This document shows, piece after piece, positions 49,699 through 62,863 of a DNA stretch of 64,000 nucleotides (within the stretch, counting starts at the first letter, position 1; every line of letters begins with the position of its first letter). The stretch comes from Gnetum montanum (Eukaryota > Plantae > Gnetophyta). Below the pieces are notes generated by a model, which worked only from the letters and a program-made list of their open reading frames with translations, was not told the origin of the DNA and did no database searches. The translations under genes were made by a program, and so were the position numbers. The DNA lies in assembly GCA_015680685.1 (NCBI GenBank), contig MNCI01001305.1, positions 328,729 through 392,728 of the forward strand, written 5' to 3'.

Positions 49699-51429
49699 TG
49701 TTGGAGCTAGACATCTTAGTTGCTAAAATGGGAAATCAAAATATCCAAGTTCCAAAATAGCTTTAACCCCAAATCCCAAGGGCTTCTAGAAAATGGAACT
49801 CAAGGTACTCTAAATGGTCTTATTGATCACCTAGGGAATTACAGAATGTAAAATGAAAATGGTTTTGGAATTGTAAATGTGACCAGAAACATAGACAGAA
49901 ATGGCCTATTAGAAACAGAAATGTAAATGGAAATGAACTACTGAAAATGAGAATGTAAATAAAAATGGCCTATTGAAAATGAAAATGGAAATGGAATCAT
50001 TGTCACAAAAATAAGTGCAGCAATGGAAACAAAAATCAAAACTTGCACAACATGAACAACCAAATTTATATAAAAAAATATAAAAGAATTGGGTTCATGA
50101 TGTACAATTTGTGCCAAGGGCACAAGAATTTGCTTGCCAAAGCTTGAAGTTCGTTGGAGAAGGCTGCCTCCATGATCTGATTTCTTTCCAATTTTAGCCT
50201 ATTGCAACCTTTTGTTAGTTTTCACCAAATTTGCAACATGGGAATGGGATTGGGTTTACACTTTTGATGCAATGGCAAGTACATGGGGGTATCTACACCT
50301 AGCTTATTGCCATTTTCTACTACCAAAAAGTGTAGTGGGGTTGCAAAAATGATTATGGCCAATAGGAAATGGTGTTACTACCACCAGTTATGGAAATGCC
50401 AAGTGCCTAGAGCACTAAAATTTAGAATAGGTGTGAATGTGAAAAATGCCAAAAGTTGGGAAATTGAAAATGGTTTCAACGCTGGGTTTTTATAGGTTTA
50501 GGGTTACCAATTTTGGGTCTATCATTGATTGCCATTGATTGCTGACAAATTGGCATTGATTGTGGGTTTACAATGGTCACTACTACCAACGTAGCTGATA
50601 ATCTACTATTTGCATAGTTGCTATTTGTGGTATGTTCAAAATGAACTACACTTACAAAACTCATCTGTTTATCATAAATAGTAAATAGACTTTTGTGACT
50701 ATGCTAGTAGTGCTTTAGCTACATTGGTAGTGGTCAAATGTCGACTATTGTTAGCATAGTTACCTTTTATAGTAAGTTTGAAATGGGTTGTAACCACAAA
50801 ACCCATCCATTTATTCTACATAGTAAATCAACATTTGTGACTATGTTGGCACCATTCTTACTACGTTGGCCTTGGTAGACTATGCTGAAGATGTTGAAAA
50901 TGACAAAAGTGATGGAAATTGTGGAAAAAGTTGGAAACTGTAGAAATCGTGAAAAGTGTTGGAAAGTGTCATGCATAGTGAAGAATGTTGTCTATGCTAG
51001 CCATCGTTGACATATAGTGACTATGCTAGTTGTTGTTGGAAAACTAGAAATTCCAACAATCCTCATGTTGCACTTTTGCTGTGTCTTGGTCGTGACCACA
51101 CTGGCTATTGTGACTACTAAAAGTGTAGTTACTATGACTAATTAAAATGTCTTCATCGTAGTTGGGGTTATACCCCTACAAAAACCCATGAAAATGTAGT
51201 TTTTAGCAATTTCAAAGGCATTTACAGCCTACCCAAGCCCAAATATGGACATAAGGTACCTTTTTCTACATAGGAAACAAGGAAATAACAACCTTTAAAG
51301 CATTTTTTGGCTCTAAAAAGCTAAAGTATGTAAGATTGTAGCTCAAAAACTACATATCTCACATTTACAATGAATCCTTGCCCCAAGTTGGAAAATAAAG
51401 GTTGCAACATGAAATTTGGTGGTGTTTTA
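49699..51429 (-). repeat. 5' LTR of element E
   Basis: Direct repeat of 24260-25962; followed on the minus strand by the Asn PBS at 49676-49692. Confidence 0.9.
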
Positions 51430-52075
51430 GCAAGGAGGCACCCGAATATAGAATGGCTCTGGTGTAGGTCTAGGGTTATTGCTCACGTTGAATGCTGCTA
51501 TGGTATAAGGACTATTGTTGGCATTCAATGGATCCTTGTGGACTTGCATAGATTGGTTTTATGGCCTAACAAGATTAAATGCATCGAGCACCAACTTGTC
51601 ATTATATATTATCTTCTACAATTCATCCTTCAGGGTTAGGTAGAAATCAGTATCATGCCCTAGTAGTTGATGGTAGTGACAGAAATGATCAAGTTTAAAG
51701 TACTTAAGCATGGGTGGATCATCCTTGGTTGCTATAGTGGCATTCTTTTCCATCTTGCATAATTAATCATGTCTCTTGCAAGCATTCTCTATCATTTCCT
51801 TTTATTGAATTCTCCCACTCTTTAGTAACTAGTTAAGGAATTTAGATGGTTTCAAGCATAACCTAGTGTACTTTGACCGATCTTTTCTCTCAAAGTTAGG
51901 CCTGATGTTTCTCAATGTAGAGGCCCCAGATGTTGATGATTGGTTGTTTGTGGTAGGGACCTTAGGTTGGTGCATTTTAGGCCCTTGTTTTGTTTTGTTT
52001 TCTTTTGCCATAGTGGCCACAGCTACATGGTTTTGACTCCTCTTCTCCTTATCCTTTTGCATGTGTTGGTTCTTG
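51430..52075 (-). pseudogene. Element G, right part (gag C-terminus with Cys/His motif), truncated against H
   Basis: RPNFERKDRSKYTRLCLKP; KDDPPMLKYFKLDHFCHYHQLLGHDTDF; homologous to C 18245-18890. Confidence 0.85.
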
Positions 52076-55000
52076 CATCTGTCATTATATGAAATGGTAT
52101 AGACTAGTCAAGTGCTCATCGAATTGGAGTATCTATGAGCTTCTACTTGAGGCTCTAGAATGCATTTTTGCATTCCTTGGTTCAGATGAATGGAGCATCT
52201 TTCATTGTAAGCTCAACCAATGGTTTTACAATCTTAGAGAAATTCTCTATAAAATACCAGTAGTAGCTTGTGTGTCTAAGGAATGCCCAAACATCTTTAA
52301 TAGTTTTCAGTTGGCTAGTTATTCTTTGGATGACCCTTATTTTTCAAGGTCCACCTCAATCCCTTTCTGAGAAATTCTATGCCTTAGTACAATGCCCTTT
52401 TGGACCATCAAATGGCTCTTCTACCAATTGAGTTGAAGATTTTTCTCCAAACATCTTTTAAGCACTTACTCAAGGCGGTCCAAGGCTTGCTCAAATGTGG
52501 AACCATAGGTAGAGAAGTCAGAGAAGTCATCCATGAAAACTTCCATCCTGCTATCAATCTATTACTGAAAAATGCTCAAGACCAAGTGTTGAAATGTTGT
52601 AGGAGCATTGCATAGACCAAAAGGCATCTTTTGATATGCAAAAGTCACCTAGGGACTCGTCAATGTTGTTTTGGCCTGATCTTTTAGTGTGATCTAGATT
52701 TGGTTATAACCATTATAACCATCTAGAGAGTTGTAATAGCAATGCCTAGATATAGTGTCCAATGCTTGATCCACAAATGACAATGGAAAGTAAATTTTGA
52801 ATGTTTCCATATTCAACAATCAGAAGCGATGCAGACCCGTCACTTGCCATCTTTCTTTGGCACAATCACAAGTGGGCTAACCCACTCACTATCTATAATG
52901 GAATAGATAAATCTCACCTTAAGAAGTTGTTCGATTTTCTTTTAATAATCTACTTCAATTTGGGGTTCAATTACCACTGCAACTGCCTCTTTGGCTTCAT
53001 GGCTAAATTAGTGTAGATATGATGTTGGCATATCGTTGTTGACCACCCTCAATAGCATTCATTTTTGTTCAAGAGCAAGATTGGCATTGATGATTACCGG
53101 CTTGCCATTTTTAAAAAATGCATACTCCATGCCGACAAGTAGAGTTTTCAACTTTAAGGGTTCTTGTTTAAAATTTTCAAGGATTTTTAACTCTTCCCAA
53201 TAGGTATCATCATTTGCATCATTAGAGAGTTGGTGGTGAACTTGCTTCAGTTCATCCATGCCTTCAACATAAGGACATGTTATGCTCTTGGCAGGTTCCA
53301 TGCAAAGTGTGTTGCTTCTAAGATTAGTTGTTAGCTACTAGGTGTCCTCTTGTTTTGCTATTATTACATACAAGCACCTTTGAACATCTACCTCATTTGC
53401 ACACTACCTACATGCAGAAATGGATGATCTTTTCATGGACCAAAGTTTTTGCATGTAGTTACACCCTGTGTCGCTGTACGCGATGCATGGAACTCTCTTC
53501 TTCTTGATCTTTCTAAATGAATTTTCCTTGGAAATTTCTAGGGAAAGATCTCTAATGTCCATTTTTGCATCAACAATACCCAACCAATCCCTTCCCATAA
53601 TGATTGGAAAATCCCCCCTTGCAATTGTCAACTTTGATTACTAGGAAATGGGATATGGGGCTTCCTCTCTAGTAGATGGAGAATGAGATTTGTGATACTC
53701 TAGAGGGTAGTAGTGATGTTGAAAAGAAGCATAACTAGAAGAGTCATGTGGAGACATTGGTTGCTAAACATAGTACCCATATGGATCTAGTTGCCTGTAA
53801 TGGTATTATTGCCTTGGTGATGGCATCTCCCATGACTGTGGTTGCTGCCACTGCTAGTATTGCTCATATGGTTATGGTGGAGCTCCACTTAGATAATAAG
53901 CTTATTGTTGCTAGTGGAATTGTCTTAGATTACCTTGAGGATAAGGTAATCTTCTAGATGCTTGCCTTCTTACTAGTCTAGGATTCAACGTGTACATCCC
54001 AAACTCCTGCAAGTGTGACATGATAGGGCAACATCCTTTAGGATGTTTGTATTGGTAGATGTCACACCCACCATCATCATCTAATTTCGTTTCCATAACT
54101 TCTTCTACTATAATAGCTTTGCCCTTACCCCTTTAGTAGGCATGTTCAGCTTCTCTTTACCTCCTACAATCATGTTCACTACTTTGTTCTTTGGATTCTC
54201 CTGCAATTTTCATAGAACTTTGGAATTTTTTGTTCAAAGAGTCCCATAATTTATCAACCTTAGCTGAAATTTTAGACATAGATTTTTGTATTGGTAAGGA
54301 TTTTTGCTGCACCACCTCATTAAGTGGTGCTTGCCCCTCACTGTCATAGAATTGGACCTCCCTTTTTCTAATGAAAGAGTCCTGATTATACTCCTCAGCA
54401 CTTTCCTCTTTTCTCAACTCACCTTCTTCTTTTGATACCTACTCTATCAACCTTTGGATCTAATGGGTTCTAAGTTTTGATAGTCTTCCTTGGGCATAGA
54501 CCCCAAAAGTTCTTCTTGTTTTTTATCTGAGTACATCTATGATGTGGCAAAGTTATTCCCACTAAGAGTAACCATGGCAAGGGCATCAATGTAATTATGA
54601 ATAATATCTACCCTTGGTGGTATTCAAGGATTCATGTATTCCTTGTTTCCAGCCTTGGATTTGCCTTCATAGGTTTGACACTCTAGAGTACATCTAATAC
54701 TTATCATTAAACAATTCTAGCATTGTACTCCATTGACGAATTGATTCTAGTTCCAGAGACTAGTACCAGCTTTTCGCTTCCTTGATGAGTGTTCTAAGGA
54801 ATAGTTAGAGCCTTTGCCAATCATTTTTAATATTTTTTAAGGCACAAGCATCATGAAAGACTTGAAGATGTATTTGTGGATTAGAGTTATATCCCCTCTC
54901 AAATCTAGGGATATTGTTCATGTTAAGTTACTTAATCTGACTATCTTTCACATGTTTGGTTGGAATTTTTACTACCTCTGCAATATTTAGCATGCTCCAA

Positions 55001-56812
55001 GTTGCCAAAAAAGACTCCTCATCATCATTATTTTGATGATTCCTATGATGTCCTCTGCTACCCCTTTTTTCATGGTGGGCTTAGCAATCATTATTGTCCC
55101 ACTATTCACCTTCATCATAGTTGTTCTTTCTATGGCATCTATCAGAACCAAAAGAGGAAGAAGAAGATGTAGATGAAGAGGGTGAAGAGGGAGCAAGACT
55201 GCTACCATCATGGTGTCTACTACCTTTTCTATACTTGTCATGGCCACGTTCGTCAACTTTCTTCTCATCTTGATGTTTGTCCAAGCCCTTGCCTTAACTC
55301 CAACTTTTGCCTAAACCTGGATTGTTGATAGTAGACTGCAAATTTAGGTTCAAGCCCTCATCATCAATGTTAAGAGATGGAGAATCTTCATGTTGAGAAC
55401 CCATAGAGGAAGGGTCCTTATTATCCTTTTGTTTGAGTAGGAACAAGGGATTGGTGAATCGTTTCCTCTTCAAAGTTTCATGGTGCTTCTCCTAGTGTTG
55501 ATCTCTCCTGCATTGTGTTTCAACGAGATGGTAGTCCTGATAGTCATGGTCATGCACAACATATTCTTGAAGATCCTAGATGCCTAAACTCCTAAGAGTT
55601 TGGAGCAACATCCTGGGAACAAATCGATTGCGAGGTAATACAACATTACCCTTCATATCTTGCCACCGTAGTTGTTCATCCTAATGCAAGATGAAGGTGA
55701 AGTCAGGCACATACTCATCTAGATGAGTATATACCAGCCTGCATTCTTGAGGCACTGGTAGTTTAGTATCATTATGCCTATGAGAAGAAGACATTTTGCA
55801 ATTAGAATAAGATATTAATGTGTTTAAATGATTATATTTACTTTTAGAATGATTTTTTTTGTAGGGTTCATCCAATGATATTAATGATTTTCACTATGCC
55901 TAGATAGCACATGTTTCAAACAAAAAACGTCCCTAGCAATGTCACCAATGATTAGCAGCAAATACCCCTATGGTTAACCATATGAATCACTAAGCATTCA
56001 TGCACAATTCGGTTAAATTCTATGGATCCTTTGTCTTCTGGTACACTAGCCTCTAGGAAGTGAAACTAGCCCTATTAGTCATTCATTGTCTTCCTAATTA
56101 CACTTGTGATATGTAAAGGTATGACTAAGTGTAATCAAGGCATATGATTTTTATTATTTTTATGTTTTATGTTTTAGGTGCTTAAGATAAAGAATGAAAA
56201 GAATGAAGTAATTTAATTGCTAATTTAATCTAACTAGCTATACTTAACTGATCCTGATATAAGAATTCGTTTTCACTTACCGTACACATCCTGAACATGT
56301 TTAACGCTACTAGGTTACCAAATGTTAAGTGATATTGGGATTACCAAGCATCATGCATATGCTCGAAGTGGTCATACTTATGTTCTTAATTAATTGCTAT
56401 TTAATCTATCTTAATTTAGCTTAATTACTTAAAGCATTAAAGGAAATTGCATAAAACATTAAATGGATAAATAAAATATTGAATCTAGCCAAAGTGCTAC
56501 AAGGTTTATTAGAAGGCTCATCTTTATTGTCACACACACTACCATGCTCAAGTACAATAGTGCTTGAATAAAGATCGGTACACTCAATGACTCCTACTAC
56601 GAGCACTCAGAAAAATATTCTAACTTTGGAAAAGAAAAACTGCAAGAGCTCTACTACATATGATAAAAGAATTCCAATGCATGGTGGGATCACATGTATT
56701 TATAGGCAAAAATAGACCCTACATCGACAGGGCCATGTCAATGCATCAAGTCATGCATTAACGGGGCCTAGTCGATGAGGCCCAGTTGATGCAACTAATT
56801 TATGATTCATCA
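52076..56812 (-). mobile_element. Athila-like element H: 5' LTR 55949-56812, tRNA-Asp PBS 55930-55947, degenerate gag-PR-RT; truncated at RNase H start
   Basis: PBS TGGTGACATTGCTAGGGA is a decayed TGGCGCCGTTGCCGGGGA. LTR TGATGAATCA…GCTAATCA is related to the F and K LTRs. DFPIIMGRDWL; QEPLKLKTLL…YAFF; EVFMDDFS; PFHIMTDA. Confidence 0.88.
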
Positions 56813-58328
56813 AGATGAAATGCAATGACGTTCTTTCTCCTTAGCTAATTAATCTTGAAGATCTTATCATTAATGGAACTCATATTTACTTCATTGTAAA
56901 CTAGCTCTAATTCCCCATAAAATGCTCAATCATCTTCTAAGTTAAGATTGATCAATGCCTTCTTAAGATCATGTTGTGTAACTTTAGTTGATTCCTTTAA
57001 GAATTGTCTATGAGCATCATGTCATCCCCCTTACTTGTCTTAACAATGTGTCAAGACAATTGATGATAAAGAAGCACCATTAGAATGTTTGAACGTAACT
57101 TGGGTTCTTCTTTGCTTTGTCACATTTCCTTTGCCAAAGATTCTTGGTGGGCTTTGAGTGTTATCCACCATTTCAATTGCAATAGCAACCTACACATAAT
57201 GCTAAAGGAAATGCACAATGTAATTGAATAAATGTTAAACCAATAATGTACAAGTATTTCCAAGTAGTTCACTATGATCCTCCCTAGCAACCATGCCAAC
57301 GATAGAGGTCCTGCTGACCATAACCAATGGAATTATATGATATAGAATGTAGTGTGATCCAATGGTTAACTTCAAAAAACAATGTTGAGTAGATTACATA
57401 GAATACTTGTGTATGTCTTTGTGTTTACTAGATATAAAAGATATTATAATATATATCATAAATAGAAAACACATGCTTCCATGATCAAAGAAGGGAGGAA
57501 ATATTTATAATTTTTATGTATTTTATGAAGATAACAATAAATCAATAAACAACACGTATGCATTGCAATCCCTACCACAACAAGTTGCAATGCACATATA
57601 TGCACACACTCTTGGGTTGAAATCCCTTAATAAAAAAGTGCAACATCTCACATGAAAAGCATAAAATGGCTCCTAGTCATAACCTTGATGACCTAACACC
57701 ATACCATACAATTATGATCTTCTCTAATAAGGATGAATCATCTTAGCTTAAAGAATACACAAATGAATGAATTAATTAATTAATGTGTACAATAAGTGTG
57801 AGGTTCTTTGGAGTTTTTATAGTTTAAGACATCTATGACATAAATCATGGGAAAATCATAGGACTTTACTTGGGCTACATAAGGTAGTACTCTAACAAAT
57901 TCTAGCTGCACTTGTGAAAGAAACCACTTAGAACACATACAAAATGGGAAGGAAATTAAATTATCTGAGGGAGGAGGAGCTCTTCTCTTTAAACAAGACG
58001 CCAAAGGCCCAAAAAAAGTTAAATGAACAAATATATTAAGTGAGAGCTCTACCCAAGTATTTATAGTTTTTGACATGCAACGGTTTAGGTTTGTCAATGT
58101 TTAGGGAATCAACAAAGGTTTGTCAATGTAGCTTGGCAATTCTAGGTCATACTTTGAGCCAAAGAAGGCAATTAGACTAGGCAAGGGATGCATCAATGTT
58201 GCTGAATTGATGTAATGATGTTTGCGCACCCGCTTTGCCACCAACACCATACCAGCAATTCTAGGTAAAAACTGAAATCTAAAGAAACATGTTGCAAGGC
58301 TCTTAGGGCATCCAAATGAGGTAAAAAA
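56813..58328 (-). mobile_element. Probable 3' end (non-coding region, PPT, start of 3' LTR) of an unidentified LTR element
   Basis: Minus strand AAGGGGGA|TGACATGATG at 57032-57015 looks like a PPT/LTR junction; no coding domain recognised. Confidence 0.3.
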
Positions 58329-61300
58329 CTAGAGTAGGTTCACTCTAATAATTAAATCACCTTCAATGTACTAAATCCATATATTATGTAAAGACAAAAC
58401 ATTTTTCTAGAAAATAAGAAACTAGCTCTCTTTAATTAATTTTTTAGAAGATTATAAATAGGGTTCACACAACCCACAACATCCAAAACCTATCAAACTC
58501 AACTAATATTACATAGCATGAGGCTCTACAACCATACAATGGTTGTTCTTAATGCAAGAGACAATCAATAGAAATCTCCCCCACAACCTAGGATTGAGAT
58601 CTCAACTCACAAGTGAGATATAAGAGAAGAAAACACATAGATCAATGTACCACAAGCTGATCTTGGAGCTATAATCACTAATTGCACTCACCCAATGTGC
58701 TCTCCCACTCTCTCTTACTCAGCTCTCCGCTCTCAAGAGCATTTTCTCTCACTTTTGTGCATAGATGCACTCTCTTACCTCTTCATGTATGGATAAATAT
58801 ATATTATAGAGATCTAAAACCCTAGGAATCTTTCTATTCACCTTCCTAGATGTTTTCCACAAGGATTTGGAGTCTTTCAACTATTTCCTAATTAAAACAC
58901 CATGTTGGAGCTTTTTCCTTGAACATCTAAGATGTCCCTAGCTTTGCTAGGATGTCTACTATGAAAACCCAACTCTTGAGTGAGACATGTATTATTTTTG
59001 TTAGATGTTCCATTTGGTCATGAGACATCTACAATTCTGGATAGACATCTAAGTTGAGACATCTACAATTCTAGGTAGACGTCTAACCTGTAGGTGCTAA
59101 AAATAAAAATGCTTGTTTTGATGCTTGAAACCTCATAATGCCTTCAAACAAGTCCCTAGAGATTCCAGAACCCCCTAAACTTATCAAAATGAGTCAAAAA
59201 AACCTCCAAACATGCCAAAAATTCAAGAATAATCATGATAAAAAATCAACACAAGAATACACATAAAAACAAGACACACTCATCCAAGTCTTCTTCAAGC
59301 ACAAAACTTGCAAAAACAACTTTGGTTCCACATAAGAGACATTACTACCATCTTCAAGATTAAGCTTAGAATCACATACCTCTTCATGGCTTCTCTTATC
59401 CATCTTTGGTTCATGTTGATCTTCAAAATGTGGCTATCCACTCTCATCAAAGCTTAAAGCTTCAAGATTCAAGTAGAAGTCTCCAACTCCAATCGTTTCT
59501 CCTTTTTCAAGGAATCATCAATAGCTTCTACCACCCAATTTGTAGGTACCAATTGAAAAGGTAAAGTATCCTCCATGGTTTGAACATCAAATTCATCACC
59601 CAAGCAATTATTCTTCCACATACCTTGGCTAGAAGACTCATCTCTCTCCCATGAGACCCTCAACTTGGCAAAGAATCTTCTTTCCCTTATCACACAATAT
59701 AGAACAATTGCATAAAGAATTAGTATCACATCCTCTAGTGATGCTCTTGATCCTTCTTGAAGAAGTCCCTTGATCCTTACCACTCCTTTGGCCTTGATCT
59801 TTTACCTTCCATAACTTATGAGGTAAGAACTCTTCTTAATTAGCCACATACATCATCTTGGACTGTGAAGATTTCTTGGACTTTTTTATGAAGCTCTTGG
59901 TTCCCTATTTTGAAACTTTTGAGTATTGAGTACTCCCTTGCTCAATAAGAGACACTTGAGAACTCCTTTTCTCTTGCATCTCTACTTCACCAAACCTTTC
60001 ATCTTCCTTCTTGAATACCTTTGGAAATTTCTCCTCCAAGCCTAGCACACTTGTAGGAAGTTCAACCTACACATCATCATGGTTATTAGCAATTTTTTTC
60101 ATAAAAACAAAACCAAAACCAATTTCATCATCTTTCTTAGTGTATTACCTCTCTCCTAGAAGGATTAAGGAAGCATTATGTGACCTTTGCTACCTCACTT
60201 GTTCAACTATCATAAGAATAAAATCATGAATTCTATCAGATCTAGTAATACTCCACACATTTCTTGCTTCATCAAACTAAGCACCATTGTCTAAATTTCA
60301 AGGTCTACCAAGAATTAGATCAGCATAATCTATTGGAAGTGCATCGCATTTTACAACATCATGAAAACTTTCAATTTTAAATTTCAAAGTCCATTACTCC
60401 CTCACCTCTTAGGAAAAGTCTTTAAACAACTAATGCACCTTATAGGATCTAGGATGAGGATTATTTACCATTCCAATCTAGCAACTACCCTAGAAGAAAT
60501 AACATTTTCTTGGGCTTACTCATCAATTAAAATATGAATCCATTCCCTAGTAAGCAAAAAACCAACTCCGATTCAAAACAACAATTTCCTATCTAGATGA
60601 TATCCTCTATTCACATTCCCCATGAATGCACAAGAATTTAATTTAGAAATATCCTTTATTTTTGAAGCATTAGGATTACCTCTTTGAAGAGCTTGGCTTG
60701 ATGTCTCCTCCACCTCCATGGTTTGCACATATTTACCCTTTATTCCTTGTGAAGTGAACATTTCCATTGCTCATGTCCCCATTCTCCGCATTTGAAGCAC
60801 TATAGTTTTGATGAGCTACTGCGTTAACCCTTGCATCCCTTATTTTCGTCCTTCTTGGCTTTGCCCTTTTCATTTTCTCTTTTAGTCTTCTTATCTTAGC
60901 TATCCTCCTTTTCTTTAGATTTGGATTTGGATCCCTTATAAGATCTAGATCCCTTCTTCTTTTCCTTGGAAGTTTGTTTGCTCCTGTTTCGGAATCCACA
61001 TAATTTCTTCTCAACCTTAAGTACCAAATTATAAGCCTCATCAAGAGTTTGTGGCTTATAAAAGGAAAACTTGTCCTAGTATGCCATTTTAAGACCTCCT
61101 AAAAAGATTGAAGCTTGCACATACTTCTCCTAGTTTACGTTAGCTTCATGGAATAGATCACAAAATTTGAGGTAGAATTCTTTGATATCCTTGTCACATT
61201 GCTTTAGAAATTTTAACTTCATAATGATTTCTTCTCTCTAACGAGACTGTTCAAATTTTTTCTTCAACATGTATTTCATTAGATCCCAATCTCTGATGGG

Positions 61301-62805
61301 TTGACCATTTCATCTTTTGTAACCCTGGGACTTCTTTTCCCACCAAATAGAAGCCATACCTTCTAATCTGGATTTAGCAATAGATACCCTCAAGTTATTT
61401 GGTGCCTCTTCCAACTGAAAATGCTTCTCAAGTGCCTTCAGCCAACTTACAAAAGCATTGGTACCATCTACACAATTGAAAGTCTTCAACTCTATGTATG
61501 AAAGTCTTAAAGCATTTTTGAACACTCTTGCAAGCCTTGCTTCATCTATGTCATCAAGCTTGCTTGAAGAAGTATTGAACATTGCCAAAGACCTTAGAGT
61601 TCTTATATGACAAATAGGATTCCCTCTCATTAGAATCCTTGGCTAATGATTTCCTACACTTCCATAGCTAGATTGTCCATCCTTGCACTAATTTCATTCA
61701 ATCGAGCAACCATCATTTGGAAGGGAGACTTTATGCTTTCCATGTTGCATTCAAAGCTTGCACTTATTTCTTCTTGGGTGCTAGTTGAAATTGACAAAAG
61801 CCTCAACTAAAATCCAAGCAACAATAAAACTAAGCTCCGATACTAATAATGCTAGAGTAGGTTCACTCCAATGATTAAATCACCTTCAATACACTAAATC
61901 TAGATATTGCGCAAATACAAAACATTTTGCTAGAAAACAAGAAACTAGTTATCTTCAATTAATTTATTAGAAGATTACAATAGGGTCCACACAATCCACA
62001 ACATCCAAAACCTATCACACTCAACTGATATTGCAGAGCATGAGGCTCTACAATCATACGATGGTTGTTTTGATTACAAGACATAACCTACAGAAATCTC
62101 TCCCACAACTCAAGATTGAGATCTCAACTTACAAGTGAGATACAAGAGAATAGAATGTACAAACCAATATACCATAAGCTGATATTGGGGCTGTAATCAC
62201 TAATTGCATTAATGTGCTCACCCACTCTTTCTTACTTAGCTCTCCACTCTCAATAGCATTTTCTTTTACTTTCGTGCATAGATGCACTCTCTTCCATCTT
62301 CATGGATGGATACATACACATTATAGGGATTCAAAACCTTAGGAATCTTTCTATTTTCCTTTCTAGGTGTTTTTCATAAGGATTTGGAGTCTTTTGGATG
62401 TTTTCTAATCGAAACACCATGTTGAAGCTTTTTTCCTAGTTGTTTGAGACGTCTTTGGCTTTACTAGGATGTCTACTATAAAAACCCAACTCTCAGGTGA
62501 GACATATACTATTTTTGTTAGATGTCTCATCTAGTCATGAGATGTCTACAATTCTAGGTAGACATCTAACTTGTATGTGCCAAAAATAAAAATGCTTGTT
62601 TTGATGCTTGGAACCTCTTGATGCCTCCAAATAAGTCCTCATAGATCTTGGAACCCCCTAAACTCATCAAAATGAGCCAAAAACACCTCCAAATATGCCA
62701 AAACATCTAGGAATCATCATCATCAAAAATCAACACAAGAAGACACACGAAAAAAAGACATACTCATCTAGGTCTTCTTCAAGCACAAAAGCTATAAAAA
62801 CAACT
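58329..62805 (-). mobile_element. Element I: gag-protease-only LTR retroelement (CRM-like / TR-GAG-like); LTRs 58329-~59335 and 61847-62805
   Basis: ~1-kb direct repeats; tRNA-Met PBS TAGTATCGGAGC at 61845-61834; gag FVSWLKALEKHF…AKSRLEGMASIWW; zinc knuckle CFKCGEWGHEQWKC (~60799-60758); protease ILIDE*AQENVIS…CDALPIDYADLILGRP; no RT or INT in the 2.5-kb interior. Confidence 0.85.
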
Positions 62806-62863
62806 TGTAGAAAAAAGCACAATGGAATCGGAAGAGGTGTTCCTACACCAGAAACATCCTAAG

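Larger units (their letters stand above)
24260..51429 (-). mobile_element. Element E: two-LTR Ogre/Tat-like element, apparently non-autonomous (gag-PR, decayed RT start, no recognisable RH/INT), with nested insertions and host-gene fragments
   Basis: LTRs 24260-25962 and 49699-51429 align end to end; TSD GCAAA (24255-59) / GCAAG (51430-34); PBS 49676-49692; PPT TGAAGAAGGGCCAA at 25963-25976; the flanks rejoin to match C at ~18230-18280. Confidence 0.85.
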
